Source: Camelus ferus (Eukaryota). From it: a stretch of 64,000 nucleotides of DNA. The stretch's first letter is position 1. Each line of letters opens with the position of its first letter. The notes beneath the pieces are model-generated. The model was not told the DNA's origin and did not search any database. It saw nothing but the letters and a program-made list of their open reading frames with translations. The DNA is taken from the NCBI RefSeq assembly GCF_009834535.1, contig NC_045696.1:107324001-107388000 (forward strand), written 5' to 3'. This document shows positions 51,462 to 64,000 of the stretch, in pieces. Both the position numbers and the translations under genes were made by a program.

Positions 51462-51649
51462 CAGTGATTCTTAAATTGTGTTCCCTGCACCAGCAGTATC
51501 AGTATTACCTGGGAACTTGTTAGAAATGCACGTTCTTGGGCCTCACCCCCGTCCAGCTGAATCAGGAATTCTGGAGATAGAGACCAGCAATTGTGTTTTT
51601 ATAGGTCCTTCTAGTGATTCTGATGCAGGCTGAAGTTGAAGAGCCACTG
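51462..51649. mobile_element. MER5A (hAT-Charlie MITE)
   Basis: CAGTG...CACTG termini; ccagcagtatcagtattacctgggaacttgttagaaatgca..gaatcag..gtgattctgatgca. Confidence 0.88.
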
Positions 51650-52939
51650 CCATAGCCCACTTCCTGAGGAAGCGTTAGTTGAGTTTGTTTTAAGAGCACG
51701 GGGTTACCTATAGAGGAGTGATTAAAATATAAGAGCTGTAAGCAGTGACCAGAGTGCCTAGTGTACCAAACTAGAGTTTGAATTTTGTCCTTATACCAGT
51801 GACTGCACAATAGAATCACCTGGGAGCTTTAAAAATGTACCACAGAATGGTTGGGATACACCCCAGAGCAACTGACTTCAAATCTTTGACTTTCTGATGC
51901 ACAGAGGGTTGTGAAGTAGATAACTAACAGAACTTGGTTACTGATTGTAATAGTATACGCATTTATTGAGAATGTGTCAAATACTGTGTCGAGTAGCATG
52001 ATTATTAAATAACACAGCAATCTTAGATGTAAGTATTACATTTCACAGATGAGGTAGAGAGATTAAGCACCTTTTCCCAATATTACCTAGCTGGGAAGTG
52101 GTAGGTTTGATTCCAGGTTTTTGTAACTCTAAAGTCTAACCTCTTAAGCAATTTTTTTTTTGAAGTGAGGTTCCCAAACCTTAGATAGGAGAATAGTCAT
52201 ATTTTAATTTTCACTAGCCTCTAAGTGAGATTTAGCATCTTCTTCAGTTTTAAATGTAGGCAACAAGTCAAACAGTGGTGTGAGCAATACTGTGACTTTG
52301 GTACCAATAGAAATCAAATATTTTCATATTAAATTACAGATGTTGCAGATAATCTCAAAGTATCTTTTATCCTAATCAGTACTTTAAAATATGGGTAATT
52401 GTTAGATCCACTTCTGGGTCTTTTATTTACTGTTAAAGAAGTACATATAATACTGTATCACAAACTTACTTTTCTCATATGTTGATAATTATATTTGAAC
52501 ATGATTAATAATAATTTTCTTTTCTAAGCATGGTACCCCTTGCTGAGAGAGAGCGTTTAGTAGGGTAAGGTAGACAGAGAATAAAAAATCCATTTTTTTT
52601 TTTGGTTATCTCTATATGGTAGAATAGAGATTCTTATAAAAGACAGTGTCTTTTTGTCCCTACTTCTCCTTTATTTGACTAGTTTAATAAGACAGAAACC
52701 CAAGTTCTTCATTATGTGTCAAAGTTATTAGATTAAAAACTACTTTGGATTTGAGTACTTTTTTCTAAGCACTTCCTAAGATGATATGCACTATCTCATC
52801 AGACATTCTAACTATCCCTGTAGTCTGATTCAGTGCTGTTTAATAGAACTTTCTGCAGTGATGGAAATGTTTTGTATATGTGCCATCTGGCATGGCAGCT
52901 ATTAAATAGAATCATGCAAAGAAATAAAATAACAATAAC

Positions 52940-53200
52940 AGCAATGTAATAACGTTAATAGCTAACAACACTTCCTATATACCAGGCACTATTTAAGCAT
53001 TTTACATATATTAACTTTCATAATCCTTAATAACAACCGCATGAGGTGGGCACTATTGTTAAGTCTCAGTTTGCAGATGAGGAAACTGAGGCACAGAGAA
53101 GTTAAGTGATTTTCCAAAGTTCACATAGCTAGTTATTAGCAGAACTGGGTGGCATTCAGATTCTGGCAGTTTGGCTTCCTTTATGTTCCCGTTATAATAT
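52940..53200 (-). mobile_element. MIR (other MIR fragments at ~42490, 43900, 48300, 49540, 50330, 51950, 59075, 60180, 62050, 62330)
   Basis: gcagatgaggaaactgaggcacagagaagttaagtgattttccaaagttcacatagctag core. Confidence 0.88.
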
Positions 53201-54089
53201 AGTCCTTTATCACTTTCCTCAAACCCCCAAATGCATATACAGAATGCTATCAGAAACAGTACATAAAAAGGAATTTAAGATAAATTATTTTGTTTTAATT
53301 ACTAGGTAAAAGTTGTACAGTATAGGACTCAATTGACTAGTTTATTTCCTGTAAGTAAACTTGTATTAGATGTATTAGGTATTTTTAGTAACCAGTATTG
53401 ATTTTGTTAAACAGCAATTTATATTTTCCCCAAGTTTAATTTAAAGCTAGCTTCAGAAATTGAATATTCATATGGTTATTTTGTTTACTGAAACTAATAG
53501 AAATATAATTCTGAAGTCATTTTATGATGAATTGGCTTTAGTTAATGGATATTTAGCTTCCTTAGTCAGCATACATATATGAAAAACTAACCTATGTTAT
53601 ACCTGGCGTAGTATGTTATGATGCTTCTGGAGGCCATAAGGGGAGAAGTATCTCTTAGGTACAAAATTCTGTTATTACCATATTCAGGGTGAGCTGGTGG
53701 CAGAATATTAAAAGGGGCGAGAGAACTGTCATTTTTTCCGTTGTCTGTATAGTCATTGTGGTTGGTGCTTTACATACAAAGTTATTTATTGAATATAAGC
53801 TGTTTATAACACTCTCCCAGTGCTTTAGATTTATTACATATGTCATTTAATCTGCAGCTAATGCTTTAGAAAACATGTTGATGGCAAAGATAGTTTACAG
53901 ATGAGGGCTTTGTTAGGCTCTTCCTCTCCCCTCCACTCTCCTCTCTCCACTTCAGGGAGATGATTATAAATATAGGTGGGGAATGAGAAGGGAGTGGTGC
54001 TAAGGTTATTATTTATCTAGTACTTAAGGTTCTTCAGTTATAAATATGTTCATTTCATTTTGGCTAGTTGCTGAAAGTAAGGCAAGCAA

Positions 54090-55030
54090 GGTATTTGTCC
54101 TCATGTGAGAGGCAAGTCAATAATCAGGTAAACAAAATAACCATAAACTGTGATAAAAGCTATAAAGAGAATAAATGAGGTACTGTGTTGGGTAGGTAAT
54201 AATGGGATACATAAACAGGGAAAGTCAGGAAATGCATTGTTGAGGATGTGAAATTTAAGCTGACTTTGCACATAACCTGGTAAGAATGGTCCAGGCATAA
54301 GGAGCAGTAAAGGCAAAATCTTTATAGCAGAAATGGCTGTGGTATTTTAGGAGTTGAGAGGTCATAGTGACTGGAGGGAGCATAATGCAGGAAGAGTATA
54401 GTAGCATCACATGACATTAGAGGGGTAGGCCAGAGTCTGGATTACGTAAGGTATGTTTGGATTAGTTAAAGACTCTAAGGAGTGCAGTTTTATTGTAAGT
54501 AAAATGAGAAACCATTGGAGAGTTTTAAGCAGAGAAACATTAAAAAAAAAATCCCTCTAGGTCAGTGATTCCCAACTGTGGCTTATATTTTTCTTCCCAG
54601 GAGACATTTAGCAATATCTGTAGACATTTTTGGTTGTCATTAGTGGGGGTGATGGTGTATACTACTGGCATTAGTGGGTAGAGACCAGAGATGTTGCTAA
54701 ACATTCTACAATAGTACAGGACAGCCTCCTCCCACAAAAAAGTATTGGCCCAAAATGTCAGTAGTGCCAAAGTTGAAAACTTTTGCTCTAGCTGCTGTGT
54801 GAATGTTGGATTGTGATGGGGGTGGAATGAAAGAGGAGAGGGTTAGGTTAGGTTGTTACAGTATCCAAGTGACAGGTGATAGTGCCTTGGATCATGGTTG
54901 CAATGGAGGTAATAATGAGAAGTGTCATGATCCTTTATGTGTTTTGGAAATGATGAGTCAAGGATGATCTCCAGGTTTCTGACTTTAATAACTGAGTGAA
55001 TGGTGGTACCATCCTAAGATGGGAAAGGGC
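54090..55030 (-). mobile_element. L2 interrupted by MER20
   Basis: L2 motifs on both sides (ccattggagagttttaagcagag; gtcaaggatgatctccaggtttctgac). Confidence 0.75.
54563..54785. mobile_element. MER20 (hAT-Charlie)
   Basis: Typical MER20 body; 8-bp near-TSD CTCTAG(G/C)T at 54555-54562 and 54786-54793. Confidence 0.88.
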
Positions 55031-55099
55031 AAGAATGAAGGGTTCTAATTTTTTAAAATCTTACTTCATGGAACCTGAGTTGCTATTAAGAGAAGACAC

Positions 55100-55700
55100 A
55101 GCACTATTTTATGTACGATAAGAAGGACCATGTCGTATGCCCGTGTAGTCTGTAATTGGTAACTCCAGCCACTCATTGCTTTGAAATCTTTTATCTGTTC
55201 TCAGAGATTTGACAATTTCTTCTGCCTTTATTTGCATTGCTTGGCATGTGATAGGCTGTCCTTTTGCATGTATTTTAGTAACGAAACGTAATACAACTTC
55301 ATCTACTTGTGGTGGTTCTCATATCTCATAAGTCACTCTTGTTACTTGGCAAGAAAACAGGGATTATTACTAGCAATAATGAAATTTGATTTGCTGTTCT
55401 CAATTTTTGTACCTTTGTACCCAATAACTTTTCATTTCAATACCAAATAATAGAGTAATATTTTAAAAGACAAATTTTAAAGGTAGTTAAGCTCAACATG
55501 CATGAAACTAACAATGCTAATAACTCAACTGATGACAAGGTGAATAGCTATGACTGAGTTCATGGATGAACAATGATAGCCATGCTTGATTATTATCTGT
55601 CCAGCACAATTATAAAATACCATTGATTAGGAGGTGCATCTTTACCTCAGAAATGTTAAAATCAGGGGGAAATGTATATATTAGAATGGGTGAAATATAG
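55100..55700 (-). mobile_element. Tc2/pogo-type DNA transposon fossil (Kanga-like)
   Basis: The minus strand from 55312 reads PQVDEVVLRFVTKIHAKGQPITCQAMQIKAEEIVKSL..(fs)DFKAMSGW, a CENP-B-type HTH; MER104/Kanga-like terminus at ~55610-55700. Confidence 0.75.
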
Positions 55701-58129
55701 CAGATGGTGAGAAGCATCCCATACCAGCCCATTTAACATATGATATGGGTTGAAATGGATTAATAGCACCACTGGTGGTACTACTGTTAAAAGCATAAAT
55801 GGTTTATGTGGTTGGAAACTGACCTTTTAAAGACCGCTACTAGGTGAAAATTTGCATTTGCAATGAGCTGTTCAGACAGTGATAGAATTTGTTGAAAGAA
55901 TAGATACAGAGGGCAACAAGTAGGAAATTCTACAGAATTTGTAGAAGCTATGTAACGAAATTAAAGCAATGAAACTCTGTGTATATGTGTGTTTTGAGGG
56001 TGTATGCCAATACTAGCAGCACAGTTTTACAGAGTAGAGGTATAGGCAAATCTATGTTAATTTTTTCTTGAGAACCTAGCTGCCATTTTTTTCACATTGC
56101 ACTGTAATTTCTAGCTTAACTTGAACAGCTTTGGAAAAGTTTCTTAATAGTTTTGCTGCATTATTTTAAAAGGACAGTAACCATCACCTAAAACAGATAC
56201 TGAAAGTTTATTAACCAAAACAAAGTTGCTGTGTGTATAAACGGTGCAAGCGCATGTGTATGTGAATACAATTTCTTTGACATACAAAACCCAAATCTCT
56301 TACCACCACCATGTTTTAGCAGGAATGCAGCTGTGGCTCTTCAGTCTAAACCATAGCTAGACATCCCAGAAATATCAGGTACTCCTGTGAGATCTGATAG
56401 TGATTTTTTTTGTTTTTTGGCATGATGCTCTCCTTCTCCTCCTCTAACCACATTGGTTAAGTTGCAGATACCTTACTACAGTTTTATCTTACCTGGCTGG
56501 CATTTAATTAAATGCAATTTGTGTGTGTGATAAACTGTGATAATTCAGATGTGGCTTTCTTTCTTTATACTATGAAGTGCCTTTAGGATAAGGACATGTT
56601 GCTTTTGTGTTCCCCATAGCAACAGAGCACATTTCTGGACAAAATAATAGACACTCAATACTTAAGTTCTTAAGTTCAACCAAATTGAATAATTTAGATT
56701 TGTATCATATACTAAGCTTGATTTTTATACTTTAAACCTTTTTATTAGAGATTCATAGCAGCTTCAGATATACTAAAAACATCATTCTTTGCTGAGATTA
56801 ATCCCTTTATTGTGCTATTTGTTCCTAAATCTTTTCAGCCACCTTTTCCCTGTCTGTTTTATTGCTTCATTCATTATAAACTGTTACCACTTTCACTTTG
56901 AGGTCAAGCTAGACAAAACTTGGAAATAGGAAGTGATTCTTTTGTCATATGACTTCTCTTTAAGCAGATACACACACACGAACTCTTGTCTATTAAAGGG
57001 TGGTATACTGATGTGTCTGGTGACTGATTTACTTACGGTAAGATTTTTGGTAAAGGTTTATTGATTCACTAAGAAATTTGGAAGTTTCCTTACTTGATTC
57101 AGAATATCACCAAAAAAAATCATTAGATTTACATAGAAATATCAAGGAACATATAAATTTGCAGTTACAGTACTTTAAACATTTGACCTTTTACATTTGA
57201 AACCTTTCAAGTTTGCTTAAAAAGGAAATTTGAATTGTTAGGTAGGAACATTTCATTTTCTAAAATAATAAGAAAAGGTGGTACTTTGCTATAAAAGACC
57301 TATTCATGAATTTTTGCATATGTTGTTGAGTTTTCTGATTCCTTTTGAACACAGGCATTGACAGTTCCTTTTCAATATTATAGAGCCCTCTGGTCCTTAA
57401 ACACCTCTTTTGTCCCCTTCCTGTCTTAATTTTCTTCTCTAGCCTGGAACCTTTTTTAACTTTTGAAATATGTTGAGCTGCTTTGCACTTTTGTCTCTTC
57501 ATTGCACGTGTCTAACCAATACTCAACCACAGATCAGTTAATCTTTTTGATTTCTGTGTACCTGGCTCTGACCTGCTGAGCACATCTGGAGAAAATCACA
57601 GCTTTGCAGACTAGAGCCATTAAATATTCATGTTTCCCAGTCTTAATTGGACCCTCAGCATTACCCAGTAATCCTTCTTTGTCCCTAGTTAGTTCTTTCT
57701 CGTTTCTCATAGCAGTTATTTAAAAATTTCTGCTCTCTTGTAGCCCCCTTACTCTACACTTACCCTGTCCTTCTCAGTAGATAACCTTATCTATTTATTG
57801 AGAAACTTGGATTTTATTATAATTTTATTTCTGAAAGATGTTGAAATGATTGAAATGAGGCTAAGTAGAGATTAACTGTCTATGACATTTTGCTGTGCCC
57901 AACCCTCGAAGGCATACAACAAACTAAGATAAAAAATTTAGAACAAAATTTAAGATATGTATCTTTGTGATAGTTTTGGTTGAATCTACTGTGGGATAAT
58001 TTTAGCGTAAAAACACTTTTTCAATTATAGTTACCTTCTCATAGTAGTTCTATATTTTAAAATTGAAGATTAAAGGAAGTTCTTCTGTGTTGTATTAAAG
58101 TTTCCCAGTAAATATCTTATGACAACTTT

Positions 58130-58580
58130 TAAAATTGCATTATAACATGTTAATACATAAAGTTCATAAGGTTGATAAAATTTTACCATGTAACCACCTC
58201 CAACATTTCCAGCACCCCCAAAAGTTCTCTGTATCTCTTCAGTTACCTTTCCTTCCCCTCCAACCTATTTCAACTTTTGTAGCCATCAGTTAATTTTGTA
58301 CTTTATTGTCTGGTTTCCTTTGCTTAACATGATGTTTGTGAGATTCATCCATATTATGGCATGCATCAGCAGTTCTTTTTTATTGCTGTATAGTATTCTA
58401 CTGTATGAATACAACAAAATGTATTCATGCATTTTTTTTGTGCTTGGACATTCGGGTTATTTTCAGTTTTTGGCTATTATCATAAAGCTACTGTGAACAA
58501 TCTTCTACGAGTCTCTTGGTGAACATATGTCTTCATTTTTGGGGGGATACATATACTAGAGTGGAATTGCTGGATCACAG
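58130..58580 (-). mobile_element. Old L1 3' fragment
   Basis: catttccagcaccccca..gagattcatccatatt..ggacattcgggttattttcagttttt..gtggaattgctggatca. Confidence 0.8.
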
Positions 58581-60362
58581 TATACTTTTTTCTTTTTTTC
58601 TTGGTTTTATCATTCTTTTTTTTCCCCCACAGTATACTTCTTAATACCACTTTTGTAATGGAACCAAATCATTAACATCACCCCTACCTCTCTGTAAGCA
58701 ATTTTCATTTCTTTTGATAAAGAATACAAAAAGACCATTAGATTTTCTAATAAGATTCTAAAAGAAGGCACTTCTTTGCTTTCATTTACATATAAAATTA
58801 AAATTCTTCACTTGGTTCCAAATGGACCTATTTTTGTTTCTGTTAGTACTTACTTTAGTATTGTTCATAAATTTCTTGGTTTTTTTAATTTACATTTGAC
58901 CATTTCTCTCTATTATAGTTTATCTTGATCCCTGTAAGATTATCTATCTTATTTATTAGAGGATTTCTCTGATTGCTCTTAAGACTGCCGAAAATAATCA
59001 TTGGTTTGTCTGGCCAAAGTTCAGGCTTTCTTGGTTTTATTGGGTTGGCTTTTTAGACACTTGTAGTGACTGAAGTGGAAGGAGCAACTGAATTTGGAGA
59101 CCAAATACCTGAAATTCTAATCCAAGTTAGTTTGTTTATTAGCAGCATGTCCTTTTGTGAATAATTTTTACCTCATGGCCTCACTAATATTGGGAATAAG
59201 CATGTATGTCATGGTCATCTCAGAGAATGTTGGATTAGTAAATGAGCTAATGTAACAGTGCCTTGTAGACTATGAAATATGAATATAAGCAGTTGTCTTT
59301 TGGGGGAGACATTTTGTACATTTGCAGATTTCTAAGCAGCATTCATCTAGTTTATAAAACAAACAAAATACAAATTGCAGTTTTCAGAGGCATGCAGCAG
59401 GGCAGGAGAGTCTCTAGGGAAGGCTGACTGCTTGATGAGTTAGTTCTTAAGTGTGGCAGGAACTGATGAAGTATGTACCAGACTCTGGTTCTCAGAATTG
59501 ATATGTTTAGAAATTCAATTTATTGTTTACATGTAGGTATGATTTAAGTTTCAGTGATTTAGGTTTTAGGTGAAGTCTCAACAAGTATAAATCAGCGTGT
59601 TAGATTATTGATACACAATGAGAAGAAATGTAACCTTCAAATGAAATCGACTGTCTCTGCTCACCAGTCATTGCATTCTCTTCCTGTAGGAAGATCTGTG
59701 TCAAACACAGATTATAATCTGAAGGTTTATCTGTAAACCTGTAATGAACCCAGAGCAAGTTAGATCATCTTAGTTGTCAGTATTACTGAGCTGTGATAGC
59801 CTGATATGTATGTCTGCTCTATAGCAGATCTGGGCCAGAACACTATGGAGAGACAGTGTTGGAGACGAAGAGCCACATTTAATTTGTTTGGACACTCCTC
59901 ACTATTCAGTTAATTTTGTTTCAGCTTTCACATAATCATGGACAAGATCTGGGTCCTTCTTCGCATGACACCTTGCTTGTATTTTGTGTGTTTACTTTTT
60001 TCATTCCACAGATATTTATCCCATGTTTGATTCTATAATTTAATTCTAATCGTAACAGTTTTATAGAAACCTTTATTGTGTGTCCCGTGTACTGCTTCAT
60101 TAATGGATTGAATTTATCCTTGCAGAGTTTAGTAAGTTATATATTGTTTATAGTGCTTCTAGTGCACTCTTACTTATGAGTGTAGGAAGAACATAGATTT
60201 TGTTGTCAAACCTGGATTTCAGTATTGGCTCTGCCATCTATTTAGCTGAGATTTTGGTCAAGTTACATCTTTAAGATCAATCTAGTCATTTATCCATCAT
60301 CTCAGAGTCCCCCTGCTGTATAGTCCCCCTGTTCCTCCTCCTCACCTTTCCCTTCTCCTGCA

Positions 60363-60990
60363 CAGTTATATTGAGGTATAATTTACATAACAAAATACTC
60401 TCTTTAAGTGCATGATTCAGTGATTTTTAGTTAATTTACAAAGCTGTGCAACTGTCACCACAGTTTAGAATATTTAGACTATTTCTGTCACCACAAAAAG
60501 AAACTCCACTACCATTTGCAGTCAGCTCCCGTTCCCGTCCCTGAACCTAGGCAACTACTAATCTATTTTCTGTATCTGTAAATTTGCCTTTTTGGATAAT
60601 TCATATAAGTGGAATCATAAAGTATGTGGTCTTCTGTGTTTGGCTTCTTTCATTTTTGTGTTTTTGAGGATGATCCATATTATAGCATATTTCAGTATTT
60701 GCCTTTTTATTGGTGAAAAGTATTCCATTTTGTTTATCCATACACCAATTGATGGACATTTAGGTTGCTTCCTCTTTTTGGCTATTGTGAATAATGCTGC
60801 TGTGAACATTTGTGTACAAGCCTTAGTGTAGACATATCTTCGTTTCTGTTCCATTGATATCTCGCAGTAGAATTGCTGGGTCATACAGTAAATTTATTTT
60901 TAACATTTTGAGAAATTGCCAAACTGTTTTGCAAAAAGCTGTTACCACTTTACATTTTTTCTGATCAATGTTATCAGGGTTTCAGCTTGC
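60363..60990 (-). mobile_element. L1 (L1MB/MC-like) 3' end
   Basis: ORF 60615-60884 is the L1 ORF2p C-terminus ([20 protein letters not shown]). Confidence 0.88.
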
Positions 60991-63349
60991 CTCTTCTTTT
61001 TATCTCTTCTTTTCATCTTTTTAGGTTGTCTTTTTGACTAGATTTTAATATTACACATGATACTAGCTTCGATCAGCAAACAAGAATTATGGCATTACAG
61101 GATTTTACTACTCCAGCTAGAAAAAAATATTAAAATTTCACTTATGTTGAATGTAAAAATATAATGCTGAATGTTTAAAAACCTAGATTTCTCTTGGGTG
61201 AATGTAATTATTTGAAAAACTTCAATATAGCAAGACAAAGCATTCTGTAGAACTATGGCCAAAATTTATTCCTTTATTAAAAGTAACTTTAAATTATGGA
61301 AAACCTAAAACACGCAGATGAAGACAGAATAGTTTTAGTGAATCCTCACATACTCATCACCCAGCTTCAAAATTGTTATCATGTCCAGTCTTGTTTTTTA
61401 TCTATACCCAAACTATACCCCTTTCCCCCATATTATTTTGAGGCAAACCCTAGGTATCTTAAATTCTTTATTAAGAATTTATTGCTTTTGAAGAGTGAGG
61501 TGTAGAAAGAAAATTTTAAATATGTCTACATTTAAAAATGGAAGTACTTAAAAATAGATTTCCAACCTCAGGAATTGGAGTGCTTCTATATAAATACATC
61601 AGTGAGTGTGTGTGTCTGTGTTTTAAAGAAATGTCTCCTTTTTTAGAGATTTTTAGGTCTTGTGTCTTCCTCTCCTCACCCTTAGAAAAAAATCACACGA
61701 AGTTTTGAGGGTATAGGGGCTGGGGTTATGTTTTCATTCAGTCCATTTACATGAGAATAAATATCTTTGGAACATGGGGTGAAGTTAGACGGAGTTTGCC
61801 ACTTCTCATTGGAATTCACTTTATTGCAGCTTTAGGGAAATTGTTTGTATTATTTACATTTATAATTGAATACCTAAATTTTACTTTCTGTAACATGATT
61901 TCTGATTAGGACTATAGATTACCTGGATAGTCTCAGATCCATGGTCTGTTTTTTTGTTTTGTTTTCTGAAAAACACAACAGTTTTTCTTTATCTGGTACA
62001 TAGAATTGATTTCTTATTAGTACTAAAATGCCTGTGACATCAAGTGAAGTTTGTGATAAATGTGGGCTTTAATTTTAGATCCACTGCTGATCTAACTATG
62101 TGGGTTACTCTGCTTTTCTGAGCCACAGCAGTCCACATTTAAAATGGAGATATAATATCTGTTTTTTTTGTTTGTTTTGTTTTATGATTTTCTAAGGGAT
62201 AAAAAGAGAAGGTTAAGTAAGTGCATGTGGATTTTTTTGCGGTGTGGGTGTTGAGGCAAGGTTAACAATGCTGTGTGACTTTATGCTCCATGCATTTACA
62301 AAGAAGAGCAAAGAGAAATGGAAAAACACAGGGCAACTATTTATTGAATGCCTATTATGTCCAATTCATTGTGATAATCCATTTACATAAATTCTTGTTA
62401 ATCCTTATGAAGAATCCTTCATTCCAAACTAAGGCTCAGAAATGTGAAGTATTTTGCAAAAGATACATATTGTTATCCTCACTTTATAAATGAGGAAACT
62501 AAGGCTTACAAAAGTGTAGTGATTTGCAGAAAGTCTTAAAACTAGTTAATGTCAGAATTTGAGCCCAGAGCAGGTTTAATCTGAAAGTTAATGCTTCTTT
62601 CTACCGTGGGCAGTTACCAGGGAGAAAATGTACAGATACGACTCTCTCTCTCTCTGTTTGTTTGAAGTATTATAGTATTCAAGAGCTGCTTTAGCCAGTT
62701 AGTTAATTAGAATATTGTTGTAATAAATCTGTGTTTGTAGGTTTGGTCAGTAGTTTATTTAGGCTTTACAGGAAAAGTAGAATGTTAGTTATTTCCTGTT
62801 ATCTGCAGGGTTTGTAGGATAAGCATCCCAGAAGCACACATTCAAAGCAGTGGGTCACTGAAGTATTTTCAGAACTTTAGTTGTTCAGCTATAAATGTCA
62901 GTAGTTTTGCCATACGTATTTACCACCTTTACTATTATTTTCTAAGTGTTTTTTTTGTAATTATCTTTTACCCTTTGAGTTCATTTTGAAAGGAAACTAG
63001 AATATTACAGTTGAGTGGGAAATAATGTCACATGCCATATATAGAAAGTAGTTGTTAAAATCAATAAACAAGTATTAGATTTTCAAGTTTGCACCTGAAA
63101 CTATTCCTTAGCTACTAGTGGTTTGCATATCACTCATTGAAAAACTCAAATTTGGAAGATTTAATCCTAGGAGTTTTATCTTTTTCTAAGATAAAATAAG
63201 CTGACAGAGAAAGATTGAGCTAAGGAAGGTACAGGCATTTATATTAAGCAAGAGCAAGACCAGAGAAGAAACCATTTGTGACTATGCCAAAATTGACTTC
63301 TTTAAGTGATGTGAACTGTTAGATGTGATTCATGTCAAATTATGATGTT

Positions 63350-64000
63350 AAGCACCGTAATTTGGGTCATTTTGATACCCTGTTTTGTGAAGTGATTGTT
63401 CTTGTCCCTTGTCCATTTTTTCTATTCGATTGTCTTTGTTTTGTTTTATAGGGGTCTTTTTATATTCTGAATATTGAGTCCTTTGTCACTTTAAATAGAT
63501 CACTAATATCTCCTGTTATGTAGTTGCCTAAGTTGCCTTTTAAAATGGTATCTTTTGATGCAGAGAAGTTCTTATATAGTTAAATTTATTAGTCTTTTCC
63601 TTTATACTTAGTGCTTTTTGTACCCTGTTTTAAAAAAATCTTTCCTTACTTGGAGTCATGAAGTTACTTTTCTGTATCATCTCGAAGCTGTATTTACTGT
63701 TCTCATTTAGGTATGTACTTTACCTGGAAATTATTTTTGTATGTGTCTGAGGTCAAATCTTAATTTTTTTTATATGGATATCCAGTTGTCCCAGCACCAC
63801 TTAGGAAAATCAAACAAAAAAATCAGAAACCTTTCCTATTGTTCTGCAATGTCATCTTTTTATAATTCATGTCCATATATGCATGCTTTGTCTCTGGACC
63901 TGTATCCTGTTAACATTAGTCTGTCTATCCTTGCACTGATATTGTTGCCTTCCTTATTTATTGAGCTTAATGTTAACTCTGAATACTACAAAGCAAGTCT
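63350..64000 (-). mobile_element. Old L1 ORF2 fragment
   Basis: ttttgatgcagagaagttctt..atggatatccagttgtcccagcaccactt..tctctggac. Confidence 0.8.

Larger units (their letters stand above)
40752..64000 (+). other. STAG1: STAG1 intron 1 (partial, runs off window)
   Basis: Follows the exon 1 donor. Repeat-rich and AT-rich; no STAG1 coding sequence (MITSELPVLQ...) appears in the ORF track. Confidence 0.8.

Noticed and set aside
1..64000. CRISPR arrays, rRNA, prokaryote-type operons or defence systems
   Set aside because: The sequence is clearly mammalian; there are no regularly spaced repeat-spacer units or rRNA motifs.

Overview
Mammalian genomic DNA, most likely a camelid (alpaca, llama or camel): it carries several Vic-1-type tRNA-derived SINEs plus young L1s. 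Two CpG-island promoters point away from each other. At ~40.0-41.5 kb (+) is the non-coding first exon of STAG1 (cohesin SA-1), recognised from its 5'UTR and ending GAG|GTGAGT at 40751; everything downstream is intron 1. At ~15.0-16.6 kb (-) is a first exon ending CAG|GTAACC at 16158, assigned to SLC35G2 (TMEM22) by the conserved head-to-head STAG1/SLC35G2 arrangement; its known coding exon is not in the window. No complete known CDS is present. The rest is mostly L1, L2, MIR, SINE, MaLR/ERV LTRs, hAT and Tc2 fossils and microsatellites, with a 100-N gap at 38482-38581. Highlights: (1) a 363-nt, fully open, splice-site-bounded, ATG-initiated candidate coding exon (12274-11912, -) inside the presumed SLC35G2 intron, possibly linked to a decayed Ser/Pro-rich exon at ~1870-480; (2) a TSD-bounded L1 3' transduction carrying ~1.25 kb of foreign DNA; (3) a twin-primed inverted L1 with a younger L1 nested in it; (4) a CTCF motif and three uORFs in STAG1 exon 1. 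Repeat family names were assigned by eye and need RepeatMasker/Dfam confirmation.
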